Notes under the pieces: model-generated
What the model saw: only the letters and a program-made list of their open reading frames with translations
What the model was told of the DNA's origin: nothing
Database searches by the model: none
Source of the DNA: Macrostomum hystrix
Taxonomy: Eukaryota; Animalia; Platyhelminthes
Reading direction: 5' to 3'
Length of the DNA: 64,000 nucleotides
NCBI GenBank assembly: GCA_950097015.1
Contig: CATNEN010000001.1
Location: 21,576,001-21,640,000 of the forward strand
Shown: positions 27,001 through 40,546 of the stretch, in pieces
Numbering within the stretch: the stretch's first letter is position 1
How the letters are laid out: every line of letters starts with the position of its first letter
Program-made: the position numbers and the translations under genes

Positions 27001-28195
27001 ATCTTAATGATCACAAGCAGATCCCAATGATCCTCAGCAGATACCAATGATCCTCAGCAGATCCCGGTGATCCCCAGCAGATCCTAATGATCCTCAGCAG
27101 ATCCCAATGATCCTCAGCAGATCCCAATGATCCCCAGTAGATCCCAATGATCCCCAGCAGATCCTAATGATCACAAGCAGATCCCAATGATCCTCAGCAG
27201 ATCCCAATGATCCTCAGCAGATCCCAATGATCCCCAGTAGATCCCAATGATCCCCAGCAGATCCTAATGATCCTCAGCAGATCCCAATGATCCCCAGCAG
27301 ATCTTAATGATCCCCAGTAGATCTTAATGATCACAAGCAGATCCCAATGATCCTCAGCAGATACCAATGATCCTCAGCAGATCCCGGTGATCCCCAGCAG
27401 ATCCTAATGATCCTCAGCAGATCCCAATGATCCTCAGCAGATCCCAATGATCCCCAGTAGATCCCAATGATCCCCAGCAGATCCTAATGATCACAAGCAG
27501 ATCCCAATGATCCTCAGCAGATCCCAATGATCCCCAGTAGATCCCAATGATCCCCAGCAGATCCTAATGATCCCAAGCAGATCCCAATGATCCTCAGCAG
27601 ATCCCGGTGATCCCAGCAGATCCCAATGATCCCCAGCAGATCCTAATGATTCTCAGCAGATCCCAATGATCCTCAGCAGATCCCAATGATCCCCAGTAGA
27701 TCCCAATGATCCCCAGCAGATCCTAATGATCACAAGCAGATCCCAATGATCCTCAGCAGATCCCAATGATCCCCAGTAGATCCCAATGATCCCCAGTAGA
27801 TCCCAATGATCCCCAGCAGATCCTAATGATCCTCAGCAGATCCCAAGGATCCTCAGCAGATCCCAATGATCCTCAGCAGATCCCGGTGATCCCCAGCAGA
27901 TCCTAATGATCCCAAGCAGATCCCAATGATCCTCAGCAGATCCCAATGATCCTCAGCAGATCCCAATGATCCCCAGTAGATCCCAATGATCCCCAGCAGA
28001 TCCTAATGATCACAAGCAGATCCCAATGATCTTCAGCAGATCCCAATGATCCTCAGCAGATACCAATGATCCTCAGCAGATCCCGGTGATCCCCAGCAGA
28101 TCCTAATGATCCCCAGCAGATCCTAATGATCCTCAGCAGATCCCAATGATCCTCAGCAGATCCCAATGATCCCCAGTAGATCCCGATGATCCTCT
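24048..28195. repeat. 4.1-kb satellite, 20-bp unit (AGATCCCAATGATCCTCAGC) built from two 10-bp GATCC subunits
   Basis: About 200 copies with recurring variant blocks. Confidence 0.98.
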
Positions 28196-28747
28196 GTAAA
28201 TCCCTATAATCCCAACGATACTCCCAAGTATGCGATATATCCAAGATTCCTTTCTAGATCCATAATCTTCTAAACCAACAGATCACAATTGCGAAAAATA
28301 TTCTTAAAGGAGTTGAACACCGCCTGTTTATCTGCACATGGTTTTGTGAAATCCGAACATAGACCTGACGCTGTTAAAGCTCCGAAAAACCGCATTTATA
28401 TTTACTATATATTTAACTAAACAACATTGTTAATGCTGCTCGCACAGTGCTTAATGTTGTTAATTAATCAGTTGAGCATACACATATAGATATCTGTTGC
28501 ATTTAGTTGAATAAACTGACAGCTAATGTCTAGTCGTACTTGGCTAACAAACTAATGCGCTAATCTTTAAGTGAAAAATATGATTTCAATAAAACTAACA
28601 GTTTATTGTAGGGCTTATTTTTAACTCAAATATGAAATCTGAATCTACAGTTTTGGGGAGAAATCGTTTATGAATGATGAAAGTAAAGGACTTATTAGAC
28701 ACTGTTAAACAGACTATTCGTTTATGTTAACAAGAGAGGACACAGAT

Positions 28748-29205
28748 TATCTAGTAGATCTTGATTGATATCTAGTAGATCATGATTGATATCTAGTAGA
28801 TCATGATTGATATCTAGTAGATCTTCATTGATATCTAGTAGATCTTCATTGATATCTAGTAGATCATGATTGATATCTAGTAGATCTTCATTGATATCTA
28901 GTAGATCTTCATTGATATCTAGTATATCTTCATTGATATCTAGTAGATCTTCATTGATATCTAGTATATCTTCATTGATATCTAGTAGATCTTCATTGAT
29001 ATCTAGTAGATCTTCATTGATATCTAGTAGATCTTCATTGATATCTAGTAGATCTTCATTGATATCTAGTATATCTTCATTGATATCTAGTAGATCTTCA
29101 TTGATATCTAGTATATCTTCATTGATATCTAGTAGATCTTCATTGATATCTAGTAGATCTTCATTGATATCTAGTAGATCTTCATTGATATCTAGTAGAT
29201 CTTCA
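28748..29205. repeat. 21-bp minisatellite (GATATCTAGTAGATCTTCATT)n
   Basis: Directly visible; produces the spurious ISSRSSL ORF. Confidence 0.97.
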
Positions 29206-29389
29206 ACAATTGATAAGTTCCTAAAACATTCTGCAGAAATCTCATTTAAGTATCCTAAAACTAATTGAAAGCAAATCCCAAGGTACCAGGCCCATTAATC
29301 GATTAGGTGAAACAGGCATTTGAAATCTGCATGTTCTTAAGTCCAAAGCCGGCAATTTGTGTTTGATTCCCCACAACGGCCCAACTGCT

Positions 29390-31511
29390 TCAGTCCGAGC
29401 TTTCGGGAGGCACAAAGTCCGTCACGGTGGTTCTCTCGCGGTTGTTCTTCATCCATTCCCTGGCTAGCCGCTGATTCTCCTCGGAGCTGTCTTGCTGATA
29501 GAATACGAAGCGGCGGTCCGGATCGTTTGGCAAAGGCTGGACATTGTCCAGGTCGCGCTCCTCGATGCGCTGCGGCATGGGCGCCGGCGGCACCTGGAAG
29601 CGAGGCCGCGGACTGTCGTGCAGCCGAATCTTGCTGAAGTAGCCAGGCTCGGGTCGGTCCTGAGGGTGCCATTGTGGAGTGTGAGTGACTCTAAATTTAG
29701 ATCGCTACCTACAAAGATCATAAATATATAATTATCATTGGGAAAATCCCTAACTATCCCAGAACAAAATCTTTGAATATCATTAATGATTATAAAATGC
29801 TAAACCTGATCCTCAAATCTCAGCGTCTTCAAATTCTATTAATAATCGTCCAGTCCCGTTAATATTCAAATCCCATTCAATAGTTCTTAAATCACATTTA
29901 ATAAACCTAAGTCACACTAAAAATCCTAAGATCCCTATTGTAATCCCAACCATAATCCTCAAATCCCAATAGTAATCCTTTGATCCCATTAATTATCCTC
30001 AAATCCCAATAGTAATCCTTAAATCCCATTAATTAACCTCAAATCCCAATAGTAATCCTTAAATCCCATTAATTATCCTCAAATCCCAATAGTAATCCTT
30101 AAATCCCATTAATTATCCTCAAATCTCAATAGTAGCTAATCCTTTGTAAAAATCCTAACAATGATATCCGAATTCAAACACAGTAATACTAAAACCCGAT
30201 AGATGATCCTTAAGTCCATCAAGATGTTCAATGAAGACAAAAGTCCAGCTTCCAAAGCCTCACCTGTCCCAGGTGCTCCTTAATGCAAGCGTCGAACGGC
30301 AGCTGGTCAGTGCGGCAATAGTCTGGCCGATTCCAACCCGTGGATCGCTTCTCAAAGCAGTTCAGATAGCGCTCGAACGGCAGGGCGCAGTGCCGCTTGA
30401 TTTGGCGAAAGAATTCTAAGCCGCACTCAGTGACGGCCTTGCCTTCGGACAGGCACCGGCGAGGATCCTGCAGGTAATTGGAGGAGAAAATGCATTAGAG
30501 TAGACAGGGTAGACAAGGTAGTCAAAGCAGACTGAGTAGTCAAGGAAGACAAAGCAGCCACGTGACAAATTAGCCAAGGTAGACTAAGTAGTCTAGGTAG
30601 ATAGGGTAGATAAGGTAGTTAAGGTAGACAGAATAGCTAAAATAGACAGACTAGTCAAGGTAGACAGAGTAGTCATTGTAGACAGGCTAGTCTCGGGAGA
30701 ACGAATGTATACTAAGTGGGTTATCTAGAGAAACAGATTGGGTAGTTAAAGCAGATAAATTAGCCAAGGTAGACTGAGTATTCAAGGTAGACAGGGTAGT
30801 CAAGGTAGACAGGGTAGTCAAGGTAGACAGGGTAGTCAAGGTAGACAGGGTAGTCAAGGTAGACAGGGTAGTCAAGGTAGACAGAGTAGTCAAGGTAGAC
30901 AGGGTAGTCAAGGTAGACTGAGTAGTCAAGGTAGACAGGGTAGTCAAGGTAGACTGAGTTTTCAAGGTAGACAGGGTAGTAAAGGTAGACAGGGTAGTCA
31001 AGGTAGACGGGGTAGTCAAGGAAGACAGGGTAGTCAAGGAAGACAGGGTAGTCAAGGTAGACGGGGTAGTCAAGGTAGACAGGGTAGTCAAGGAAGACAG
31101 GGTAGTCAAGGTAGACAGGGTAGTCAAGGAAGACAGGGTAGTCAAGGTAGACTGATTTATCAAGACTTATTAGTCAAGGTAGAATAAGTAGTCAAGGTAG
31201 ACTGAGTAGTCAAGGTAGACATGGTAGTCAAGGTAGACTGAGTAGTCAAGGTAGACAGGGTAGTCAAGGTAGACTGAGTAGCTAAGGCAGACTAAGTAGC
31301 CAAGGTAGACTAAGCAGTCAAGGTAGAGAGGGTGGTGCAGGCCAGTCACCTTGAGTGCCTCATTGTAGCACAGCATGAACTCCTTGCACTTGGTGTCGCA
31401 GAATTTTCCCAGCTGGTGGGCAGCGGCCATCATGGGGACGGTGGTCACGTTGATCTCCGGCACCTCCAGCTCAGCGGCGGTGGGCATCCACACGTCGTTG
31501 CCAAGCACCAT
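29390..31511 (-). CDS. NDUFA8: NADH dehydrogenase 1 alpha subcomplex subunit 8, 3 exons: 31511-31350, 30467-30264, 29659-29390 (~211 aa)
   Basis: PTAAELEVPEINV..AAAHQLGKFC..EFMLC..DPRRCLSEGKAVTEC twin CX9C pattern and RPEPGYFSKIRLH; two phase-0 GT-AG introns. Confidence 0.93.
29955..30130. repeat. 40-bp repeat (AAATCCCAATAGTAATCCTTAAATCCCATTAATTATCCTC)n in NDUFA8 intron 2
   Basis: About 4 tandem copies. Confidence 0.9.
30500..31325. repeat. 18-bp minisatellite (AGGTAGACAGGGTAGTCA)n filling NDUFA8 intron 1
   Basis: Directly visible; produces the spurious TLTTLS ORF. Confidence 0.95.
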
Positions 31512-31739
31512 GGCGGCGTTGCTGGGACAAAAATAGGATTTTTTGTCATTATTACGAAAAAAAATCCAAAAATTTCAGTTATTCTAATCCCTAAAAGTTC
31601 ACTACCTAAGATCACTAGATCTATTTCAAATCCCAATAAGCCCCATCAAATTCAGCTCCTAAATCTCTGAAATTCTATTCAAATATCTAAAATCCTAAGA
31701 ATCCCACTCTATCTCTGGAATCCCATAAAATCCATAAAA

Positions 31740-32235
31740 CCTTAAGAATTAAATCCGATCCTAAAATCCCCCAACCCTAAAATCCCTTCTAATCTTAAAA
31801 TCCCATCTATTCCTAAAATCCCTTCTAATCCTAAAATCCCATAGAAATTATGAAATCCCATCTAGTCCTAAAATCCCACCAAATCCTAAAATTCCACCAA
31901 ATCCTAAAATTCCACCAAATCCTAAAATTCCACCAAATCCTAAAATCCCACCAAATCCTAAAATTCCACCAAATCCTAAAATTCCACCAAATCCTAAAAT
32001 CCCTTATAATCCTAAAATCCCTTATAATCCTAAAATCCCTTCTAATCCTAAAATCCCATTGAAATTATGAAATCCCATTGAATCATAAAATCCCATCTAG
32101 TCGAAAAATTCCATCCAATCCTAAAATCCCTTCTAATTCTAAAATCCCATCCAATCCTAAAACCCCATTGAGTCATAAAATCCCATATGATCTCAAAATT
32201 CCATCTGGTCCTAAAATGTCATCAAATCCTAAAAT
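31740..32235. repeat. 18-bp degenerate repeat (AAATCCTAAAATTCCACC)n upstream of NDUFA8
   Basis: Directly visible tandem array. Confidence 0.88.
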
Positions 32236-32872
32236 TCTGTTAAGACATAAAATTTGCAAAATCCGGTAGCTAAAATATACAAGTGAATTCACAATAACAA
32301 GAAAAAGCACAGGACAAAGAAGATAAGCGACTCAAAAGTGTATCTCAGCTTGAATCGGTCAGATATCAAGAAAGAACTATATGTACTTCAGCGAATAGAC
32401 ACAAGCTTTGCTTTCAGATTCTGAACACTGATTTGCTCTACAGTTTACACAACAGGACAAGCGTAGATAAGAGAACTGCGTAGAACAAATAAACTAAAAT
32501 ATATAATAAGTTTCCATGTAGAACAATGGGTATTGATGCTTATTTACTAATATGCTGTATTTTTTACACTACTTTCACTAGCTAATGGTGCCCATAAAGT
32601 CGTTAATTAGTGAAAGCGAAAGAAATTTTCCGAAAATATCTCAAGTGGTGCAGCTTTTCGGTGTGCAGTGCGGTACACAATGGCGTGTAAAGACACGATA
32701 CGAATGACTAAACTGCTTTTTGACAATGTAAAACATGGGTGAGCAGGTACTTTTGACTACAGTAATCGGGTGCAATGAACTATTTGTTGTCAGAAAGCAA
32801 CAAGAGGATGTTACATCGTACCGGATAGTCTTCTATGCTTCCAATTAGAGTACATCAAGTAGAGTTGGAGCA

Positions 32873-33118
32873 TTAACCAATCAGAAGATCAGATGGGTAA
32901 GGGGTATTGACCAATCAGAGGATCGGATAGGGTAAGGGGTATTGACCAATCAGAAGATCAGATGGGAAAGGGGTATTGACCAATCAGGGGATCAGATGGG
33001 GTAAGGGGTATTGACCAATCAGCGGATCGGATAGGGTAAGGGGTATTGACCAATCAGAAGATCAGATGGGAAAGGGGTATTGACCAATCAGAATATCAGA
33101 TAGGTTAAGGGGTGTTGA
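32873..33118. repeat. 34-35 bp repeat, 7 copies, each containing ACCAATCAG
   Basis: (ACCAATCAGAAGATCAGATGGGTAAGGGGTATTG)n. Confidence 0.92.
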
Positions 33119-33363
33119 ACAGTCAGAAAATATAGGGAAAGCTACTGACCAACTGAAACACTAATAAGGATGAGAGCGATGCAGTGTGTTAAACAAGCAC
33201 AACAAAAATCAATTTATAATGATAAAAAGTTATTTTCCCACAGAATCGCCCACTTTAAGGGAAAAAAACACTTAAGCGATGCCTCAGAAGAGAGATAACA
33301 ATTTAAAGTGCTTCAAAAAGCATGATAGGATTTAGTAGAACAGCTCTGATCCCCTAAGAGTAG

Positions 33364-33828
33364 TCAAGCGTCCTGCATAGCCCAGCTCTCCTCAACAATG
33401 GCTCGCACTTTTTTCTCGTATTCTCGCTTATTTTCCTGGTAGAGTGTGGCCGCCACATTATTAGCCGGTGAGTTAGGATTAGGCTCATCCAGCAGGGACT
33501 GAATGGAGGTTAAAATAGCGGAAACATCATAGGTTGGGCTCCACTTGCTCTGCAGAATGTCCAAGCAGATACTGCCATCAGCGTACACATTCGGGTGGAA
33601 CATCTTTGATATGAAGCGAACCTGGGGCGGCTTATTCGGATAATCCTCGCTGAACTCCATAGTCAGCTGGAAGGTGCCATCCTCGAATGGGGTGTCCTGC
33701 GGCCCGAAGATGACACAGTTCCACTGCATGATGTTGTCCTCCTTTGGGGCGCCAGACACCCCGGCTGGCGGATCCTCCTGCAGGCGCTTAAAGTCGCGAA
33801 TTAGGCGGCGTCGGGAGGGCGTTGTCAT
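33364..33828 (-). CDS. RAD6: Ubiquitin-conjugating enzyme E2 RAD6 (UBE2A/B ortholog), 154 aa, no intron in CDS
   Basis: [28 protein letters not shown]...[44 protein letters not shown]; true start is the ATG at 33828. Confidence 0.98.
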   Translation of the reverse strand: MTTPSRRRLIRDFKRLQEDPPAGVSGAPKEDNIMQWNCVIFGPQDTPFEDGTFQLTMEFSEDYPNKPPQVRFISKMFHPNVYADGSICLDILQSKWSPTYDVSAILTSIQSLLDEPNPNSPANNVAATLYQENKREYEKKVRAIVEESWAMQDA

Positions 33829-34190
33829 GGCGACAGTGGAGTGGGGTTTAAACAAGTGTCTGCAATTTTAGTTCAGTTTGATCAGAAAATCGTTTTGTTA
33901 ACAAATTTTAGGCTAGAAATAGATTTAGAAAAAAAAATATTTAATTCACACTATAATAGGAATAACAAACATATAGCAAGAGTATAAAATCAAAATCATA
34001 AATCACATGGCAGGCATCATGGTTTGTCTGATTTAGAGCCTTAGTAATAGGCCACCAAGTAGAGTTATAACCCATAAATACTAAGTGGGTACAAGTTTTG
34101 CAAGTATGCAAGCAAGACACATACATTGGTTTTTGCCATACCCTACACATCTAGGGCTTTTAAAGGCATCACACATTGTACAACAATGCA

Positions 34191-34505
34191 GAGGTTGTAG
34201 CCTAGTGGTTAGGGCGTCGGACTCACGACTTGAAGTTCGGGGGTTCGATTCCCGACTCCACTGGAACGATTTGCGTCCTTTAGCAAGACACTTGCTAAAG
34301 CATTGCTTCAGTTCACCCAGCTGTTAAATGGGTACCAGCATCAGCTGGGATAATTGAAGGTGGGTGTGGCGTCCCCCCAGTCCATGGACTGAACAGCTGT
34401 ATGCAGCCTTCAGATGCGCCGCGCAATAGCTGCGGCTGTGCTGTCGGCTGCACATCTGACCCAATTGGGGCAGGTGTAATCAATTATTATTATTAATTAT
34501 TATTA
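34191..34505 (+). mobile_element. SINE family A, full length with (ATT)n tail
   Basis: Near-identical to 11839-12135; possible TSD TACAACAAT on both flanks. Confidence 0.9.
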
Positions 34506-35759
34506 CAACAATTTTAGTTATATAGCAGACTTATCAAAATTGAAGTCCATAAAAAATGATTAGTACCATAAATTTAGTCATACTAGATTTCTTTTCTGAA
34601 GTCAAAATTATTTAATTAATGGAACTTTATTCATGCCCATTAATATAGAAACATTTATTATATCATATAGTTATGCTAGTTAGATATAATATAATTCTCA
34701 TCTGAAACATTTTAACATAGCTAGCCTATAGATTCAGAATAAGCTAGCAAAAGAAAGCCAATATCTTTGTTCCTAGCTGAAAGCTACTCATATTATTAAG
34801 TATAAAAAGAATTTACAATGGAATGCAATTTGGTAGCAGCAGCATGGTTTGGAATAGCGCAACATAGCACTTCAATGTTTTTTCCTATACTCTATTGTTA
34901 GTGTGGTGTCGCACTCTTTGGAGTGTAGTCAAAGTAAGTCAAATCGTAAAGAAAGTAAGTCAAATCTTAATATCTCACAATTTCCTAAGAATGATAGTAG
35001 AAGACATAATTTCCATTTCCCGATTCCAACTATATTCATAGCATAGCTTTTGTCAATCTAAATGATAATGGCTACATACATGCGCAACACCCAGCCAAAC
35101 TGGCTAGGTGAAACAAGGGCCAAGCAAGGTAAGTCGCAAAAACCAATCAACCAAGCGCAAAAAATCAAAGTGGGGACCAAGGGACAAAAAAGGAAGGCAT
35201 GAAGAAGAGGAAAAAGGGGAGAGAAAAATAGAGCTAATGAGAGCAAACTAAGTCGTAAATAGAGAAATGAAATGAACTAAGTCGCAAGTGAGGGCAAACT
35301 AAGTCGTAAATAGAACAAAAACTAAGTTGCACGGCCGGCTAAGATTTGGGAGGTTGCACATGTATGAATGGCTATGGAGTATGGATTTAACTATCCCCTA
35401 AATAAACATCATCGCTAGAGAACATGGATGTTAAGACGTTCAAAATGAGAATGAATTCAGACACTCAGAAGAAGAATGAATTCCACCTGTTTGGTTTTCT
35501 CTTGCTTCTTTCTTATTCTATACTGCCTATAGAATTAGGCAAGCATATAAATAGGAAGGAAGGGTTCAGGCATTACCAAGAGGGAGGGAAAGCAAATGCA
35601 AAGTCGATAAGGAGATGAAGGCCTGCCTTCAGAACAAGCTGAAGCAAAACCCATTTTCCACCTTAAGTGACCTGCACTGACTGCTACATAAAGAGTTCCC
35701 ACAAAAGCCCAGGACAGATGCAAAACTGTAGATAGGATACTACACAGAATGATATACAA

Positions 35760-36040
35760 TGAAGCTGGCAACCAAGGGAACAGATATGTGCCTGGAAACT
35801 TACACCAATGAAAACCTACAGGCCTGGAGAGAGTACCCAGATTTTATACTACATCTGGATCCTGCAGTTCACACAGTCTACATTGATGATATTGGATTTA
35901 ACCTTTGGCTTAGGTGCTCCCAAAGCCACTCCATCAAGGGACAGCCAGTGAGGCAAATTGTAACCACTCAAAGGGAGTCTAACATTACCACCTGCATGGC
36001 CATCTCTGCAGATTTTGGGCTCGTCCACTCAACTGTTTGA
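35760..36040 (+). pseudogene. Degenerate IS630/Tc1-like (DDE_3) transposase fragment
   Basis: VYIDDIGFNLWLRCSQSHSIKGQ...NITTCMAIS..GLVH resembles the first-Asp region (xIDExGFN..R..G.S..G) of IS630/Tc1 transposases; truncated, no TIRs seen. Confidence 0.6.
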
Positions 36041-37412
36041 TTGTTAGATTGTTTTGCCTTTCTAATTCTCATTGTGATTGCTGCTTTCTCATTTTGAATG
36101 TCCTTTAACTCGATGGTCGAATAGCTGAGCTCTATGCGGCAGACCCATCCAATAGCATGAGACCACAGACATCGTTTTGAATGTCCAAATTATCATAGAC
36201 AATAGCGATAGTTGTAGTCGTAGGATTAGTTCTGCTGTGGGACGTGAAGTTAGTTTTAGTTGTTATAGGGCCTACCCCAACACTTATCTTTAGATTTACC
36301 AAAGCTTATTTTATTCTAGCGAACCGTTAATTTAATTGATTAGAGTGAACAAATGGCCTTTCCATTTCAATCCTCACAAACAAATATAAATAAATAGATC
36401 TGTTGCCATTGTCACTTGCCTTGCCTACTTATATAAGCATTAGCCTTAATACATTACGGGCCAGCAAATGCAATTAGTATAAAATAATGAAACATGAAAA
36501 ACATGTTCTGTGACTGTAATTAAAGGATCATATTTTGGTTGGCGTTTCGCACCTTTAAAGTACACTTCTTGCAGCTAGACGTCTAGAAGTTGAAGTTTAT
36601 ACGCTTCTAATTAGAAAATTCAGAAAAATATAATTTCTGAATATACTTTTTGCTAGTTTGAACTTAGCGCTTTATTTTTAATTATCAACTTAAACAAATT
36701 TCATGACAGATTTTAGTCATTAATTTAGCTCTTAAGAGGATTTTCAAAGAGTACAAAATTAAACATTTAATAAACGAGTCACATTATGCAATTTATATGC
36801 AAATGTATACTGTGATTTACGTTATTCTGAGACTTCAAATAAATTGGGTTTTAATCACAGGAATTTCAATAAAAATTCGTGCAAAAATCAAGGAAATGGA
36901 TGAAGCAAATTCGATTATTATATTTCCAGGCCTTGGTACATATTTAAGGAAACATCATTACAACAGAAATATAGAACATGTTATTCATTTTATTATTTCA
37001 TATTTAATACTTCGTTCTTCGAAGTTGCGTATATTTCACGAGGGAAAAATGAAATGGCGACGCAAATCTAACTGAAATGTTTAACAGAAAGCTGTCAACA
37101 TGGTTAATGATAGTTTTTGCTCGCTTTTTTCAATTTTCTGTCCAGAAGTGACGATGCCAAACACCAATTTCAATGAATTAAACATTGAAAAATTTTAAGT
37201 AAATCATATGTTTCTCGCACTCGACGTGTAGCAGCTTTGTACAAAATTTGAAAAAAGTAAAACGTTTACACAACTTGAGACCATTGCTTTAAAGTTTACA
37301 ATAAATACAGGTTATCTTTAGTATAACAAAAATCATAGTTGTTATGATCAGGTCTTTTAGTTTTTTTTGCTGGAGCCAAACGTTAAATAAAAAGTCGACA
37401 GTCAAAATTCGA

Positions 37413-40400
37413 CTACTTTGAAGGCTTGTTCAGCAACTCAAGAATCAGGTGCAGTTTCTGTCCTTGTTCCTCCAGCTGTTGCTGCAGTTTCTTCTGCTCA
37501 CAATGCGCATCTCTAGTGAGCTCCTCCTTCACCTTGTCCATCTCAGCCTCGAAGAAGGCTCCTAAGGCGCTGGAGTCGCTGCGGTTCCGTTCGACCCCAC
37601 GACGCAGCTTCGAACGACAGAGACGCAGCTGCTTGGCTTGATAGGTCAGGTAGGCTCTGTAGCCTTCTGGATATGCGGAGAACGAGTCATCGAGATGCCA
37701 CCACGATGGCTGATGCTGCAAGTTTTTAAAGGTGATGTTTTAAGTACACCTGTTCTACATGTATCGCTGGCTTGAGTAGTCCTCAGAGAATGTGGGAGCA
37801 TGTTAATTACCTGTCCTGAGTTCAATGACGACACGGAGGCGTGCACCTTGTTGTACTGCTTGACACACCTTCGCGCTCTCCAGAGCAGGAGGTAGATGTA
37901 GTGCAGACAGGACAGCGGAGGCGGCAGCGGACTCACCGTGGAATACTCGAGAAGCATCCTATAGGTTCAGTGAATGATCATGTTTATAGTCGATTGCTCT
38001 TTACTTGTTTCTACTCGCATTCACAAAAATATTAGTAACTAATCTGTAAAATGTCTTTACCGGTATCGATTCCTGCGCCAGATGGCCACACACTTGACAT
38101 CCATGACAGCCACTCGCATGCTGAACAAGGCAATCAGTAGATTCACCAGCACAATGTTCACCACCAGCAGGAATAGGAACACCAGGTACTTGCTGAATGC
38201 CAAATAGCCAGTGACTGCAGCGCAATCAAAGTTTCCAGCTCTCTCCGTGGCATTGCACACATCGAATTCGGCCTTGGCGAAGTCTCCGAACATCAGGTGC
38301 AACGGAATCACGAACACGTGCTTGAACACCGCTTTGAAGTCTCTCGTCACCGAGCTCAGCAGAATCGGGAAGTTTAGCGTTGCATAAAACACACCGAAGG
38401 CAATTATAATTACCACAGCAAAGTTGAAGAACGGCCAGAAGTCTTTGTACAGCAGGCTGAGGAACATGGAGATCTTGGCGCCAGTCACTCTGAAATAGTT
38501 GTACAGGCTGACTAGGCGGAATGCACAGAACAGGAAGGACATGCCCAGAACGCCCTGGCAGGCGTACAAATATTCCTTGTCAAAGCTTTGCTGTCCGATG
38601 AGTTTGAGAATGAGGCCAGTCCACAGTAGCATAATGGCAATCAGATCAACATAGGTGAGGCCGTGTGTGAAGTTTCTGCAGACACTCCTGCCAGTTGTAA
38701 AGAACACCTCGCGCCACTCGCGTATTGTGGCGAGCTGGTTGAACCAGTGCAGCGTGTGCGATAGAGCACACAGCCACATGGCTACGTCGGCTTCCATGTG
38801 GATCATTGTTCGTCCAAAGTCAAGAACGTACCAGGCGAAGAAGCCTAGAAACAGGAACCAGTAGGTGGATGCCAGAATGAACTTCACTCTGACGGTGCAG
38901 CCGCGGCATGACCCGCAGCCGGAGGCGCTTTGACTCCCTGTCAGCCAACCTGACTGGCTGACATCCTGCCCATCAGCTTCGGGCCTCCAGGGAAGCGCAG
39001 GCGGAAGGTTCCAGTAGTGCGTGACAAGCTTGCTGATGCACTCTGTTCCAAACAGCTCAACTGAGTCGACAACGTCCACCATCTCCATCACGCTGACGAA
39101 CTCCAGCGGACAATCTGTTTGTCTTTTTTCTCGGGTGTTGAGGCATTGTGGGTTCAGGAACATTGGTCCGCGAACACCATCAGTATCGAAAAAGCTAGCG
39201 GTCAGGTATCTAAGAAGGAGCTGCCTTTCACTTTCTGAAGCGCTTGAGTACAGCTGCTCCAGCACGTTGATTAAAATGTTTAGCGCCTGGGTCTTTGCAC
39301 TGAGCAGGTGCTCGAGCTTTCCTTGCCTTAGCTTTAACTTTAGTTTGAGCTGGATTAGAAGGTGAAGTGTCTTAGGTATGATGTCAAACTGCGGCAGCAT
39401 AGCCAGCTCAGACAGCAAGTTGGTTCGGCTAAAGAATACAGCAAAATCGATCAGCGAGGCTTTCGGATGGTTAATCAGTATCGGTCGAATGATTTCGTTA
39501 GTGAGGAACTGCTCAAATGGCTCACTATTTGTGAGTAGCATGACCTGCAAGTTGCTGATCACTCGGGGACTCATGTCAGTTTTGATAAAGCCCGCAGCAA
39601 CGAGATCGAGAAGAATCTCAGCCGAGTCCAGTTCCAAAGCTCTCAGAAGCCAATGCATCTGAGCTGATTTTCTCTCCATCGATTTACTTTTATTTATTTC
39701 GTTTTCTGATCGGCTTTCGTCAATTTTGTCATCTGTGCACACCAGCAGCGGTCCATTGCTCAGTGCCAGCCGGCTGAGAGCGGTGGACCTGTCCCGGAGC
39801 TGAAGAGCTCTCTCCAGTGGGTCAACCAAAGCCAGCAGGTCCTTCAAGTCCACACCGGCAGATGTCGAAGCATTGATCAGCGACTGCAACTCGCCAGCAG
39901 AGCAGGCAAAGTCAACACAGGTTTCTCCATTCGCTGTCACATCTGTTAGGTTACAACCGTTGCTGAGCAGGAACCGGATGTTCCCTTCGTGTCCGGCTTG
40001 ACAGGCCAGGTGAAGACAGGTGGCTCCGCACAGGTCGCCTGACATCACGCGAAGCGTCGTCAGCTGATCTGGCTGCGCGTTACTCAATAGACTCAACTCG
40101 TCCAGAATCGATTCGAGCTCGTATCGGCAAGAGAAAATGTGAACCGCGTGAAGACCTTCCGAGTTAGAGAGCAGCCTCTGAAATATTGACTTCAAATCCG
40201 AACCACTTAGTCTCGCAAGAACGCATTTCAACGTATCTTGTTGCAGGTGGGTTCCGAGCAGACAGTTTCTTAGGTAGGCATTCTCTAGGCTTGGGTCAAC
40301 CTGAGCCTTGTGAATGAGGCTGAGCACAGTACTAGCGAACTTCTCCAAGTCAAAGTCGAGGCGGCTGTCTCGTGAGTCGCTGGTCAGAAACAGGGCGTGC

Positions 40401-40546
40401 AAAAGAGTGTTCCCGCTGCTATCCAGTTGAGTGGCCCAGCCTGGATTCGCCAGGCTTCGATCGTCCAGTGCCGAGAAATTCTTCGACTTGCAAGCGTCGA
40501 ACATGTCTGACCCTGAGCTGCTGCAATCGGCGCTTGACTTCGTCAT
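37413..40546 (-). CDS. Ankyrin-repeat TRP cation channel, short paralog, 3 exons: 40546-38061, 37958-37811, 37715-37413 (~978 aa)
   Basis: Ankyrin motifs (GNTLLHAL, GATCLHLACQAG), six hydrophobic segments, S6 NIVLVNLLIALF, TRP helix IWRRNRYRMLLEYSTVSPLPPPLS, C-terminal coiled coil; 2937 nt in frame. Confidence 0.88.

Noticed and set aside
33364-33828. RAD6 and RPB12 as processed pseudogenes
   Set aside because: ORFs are intact and conserved, with no poly(A) remnant or TSD seen.
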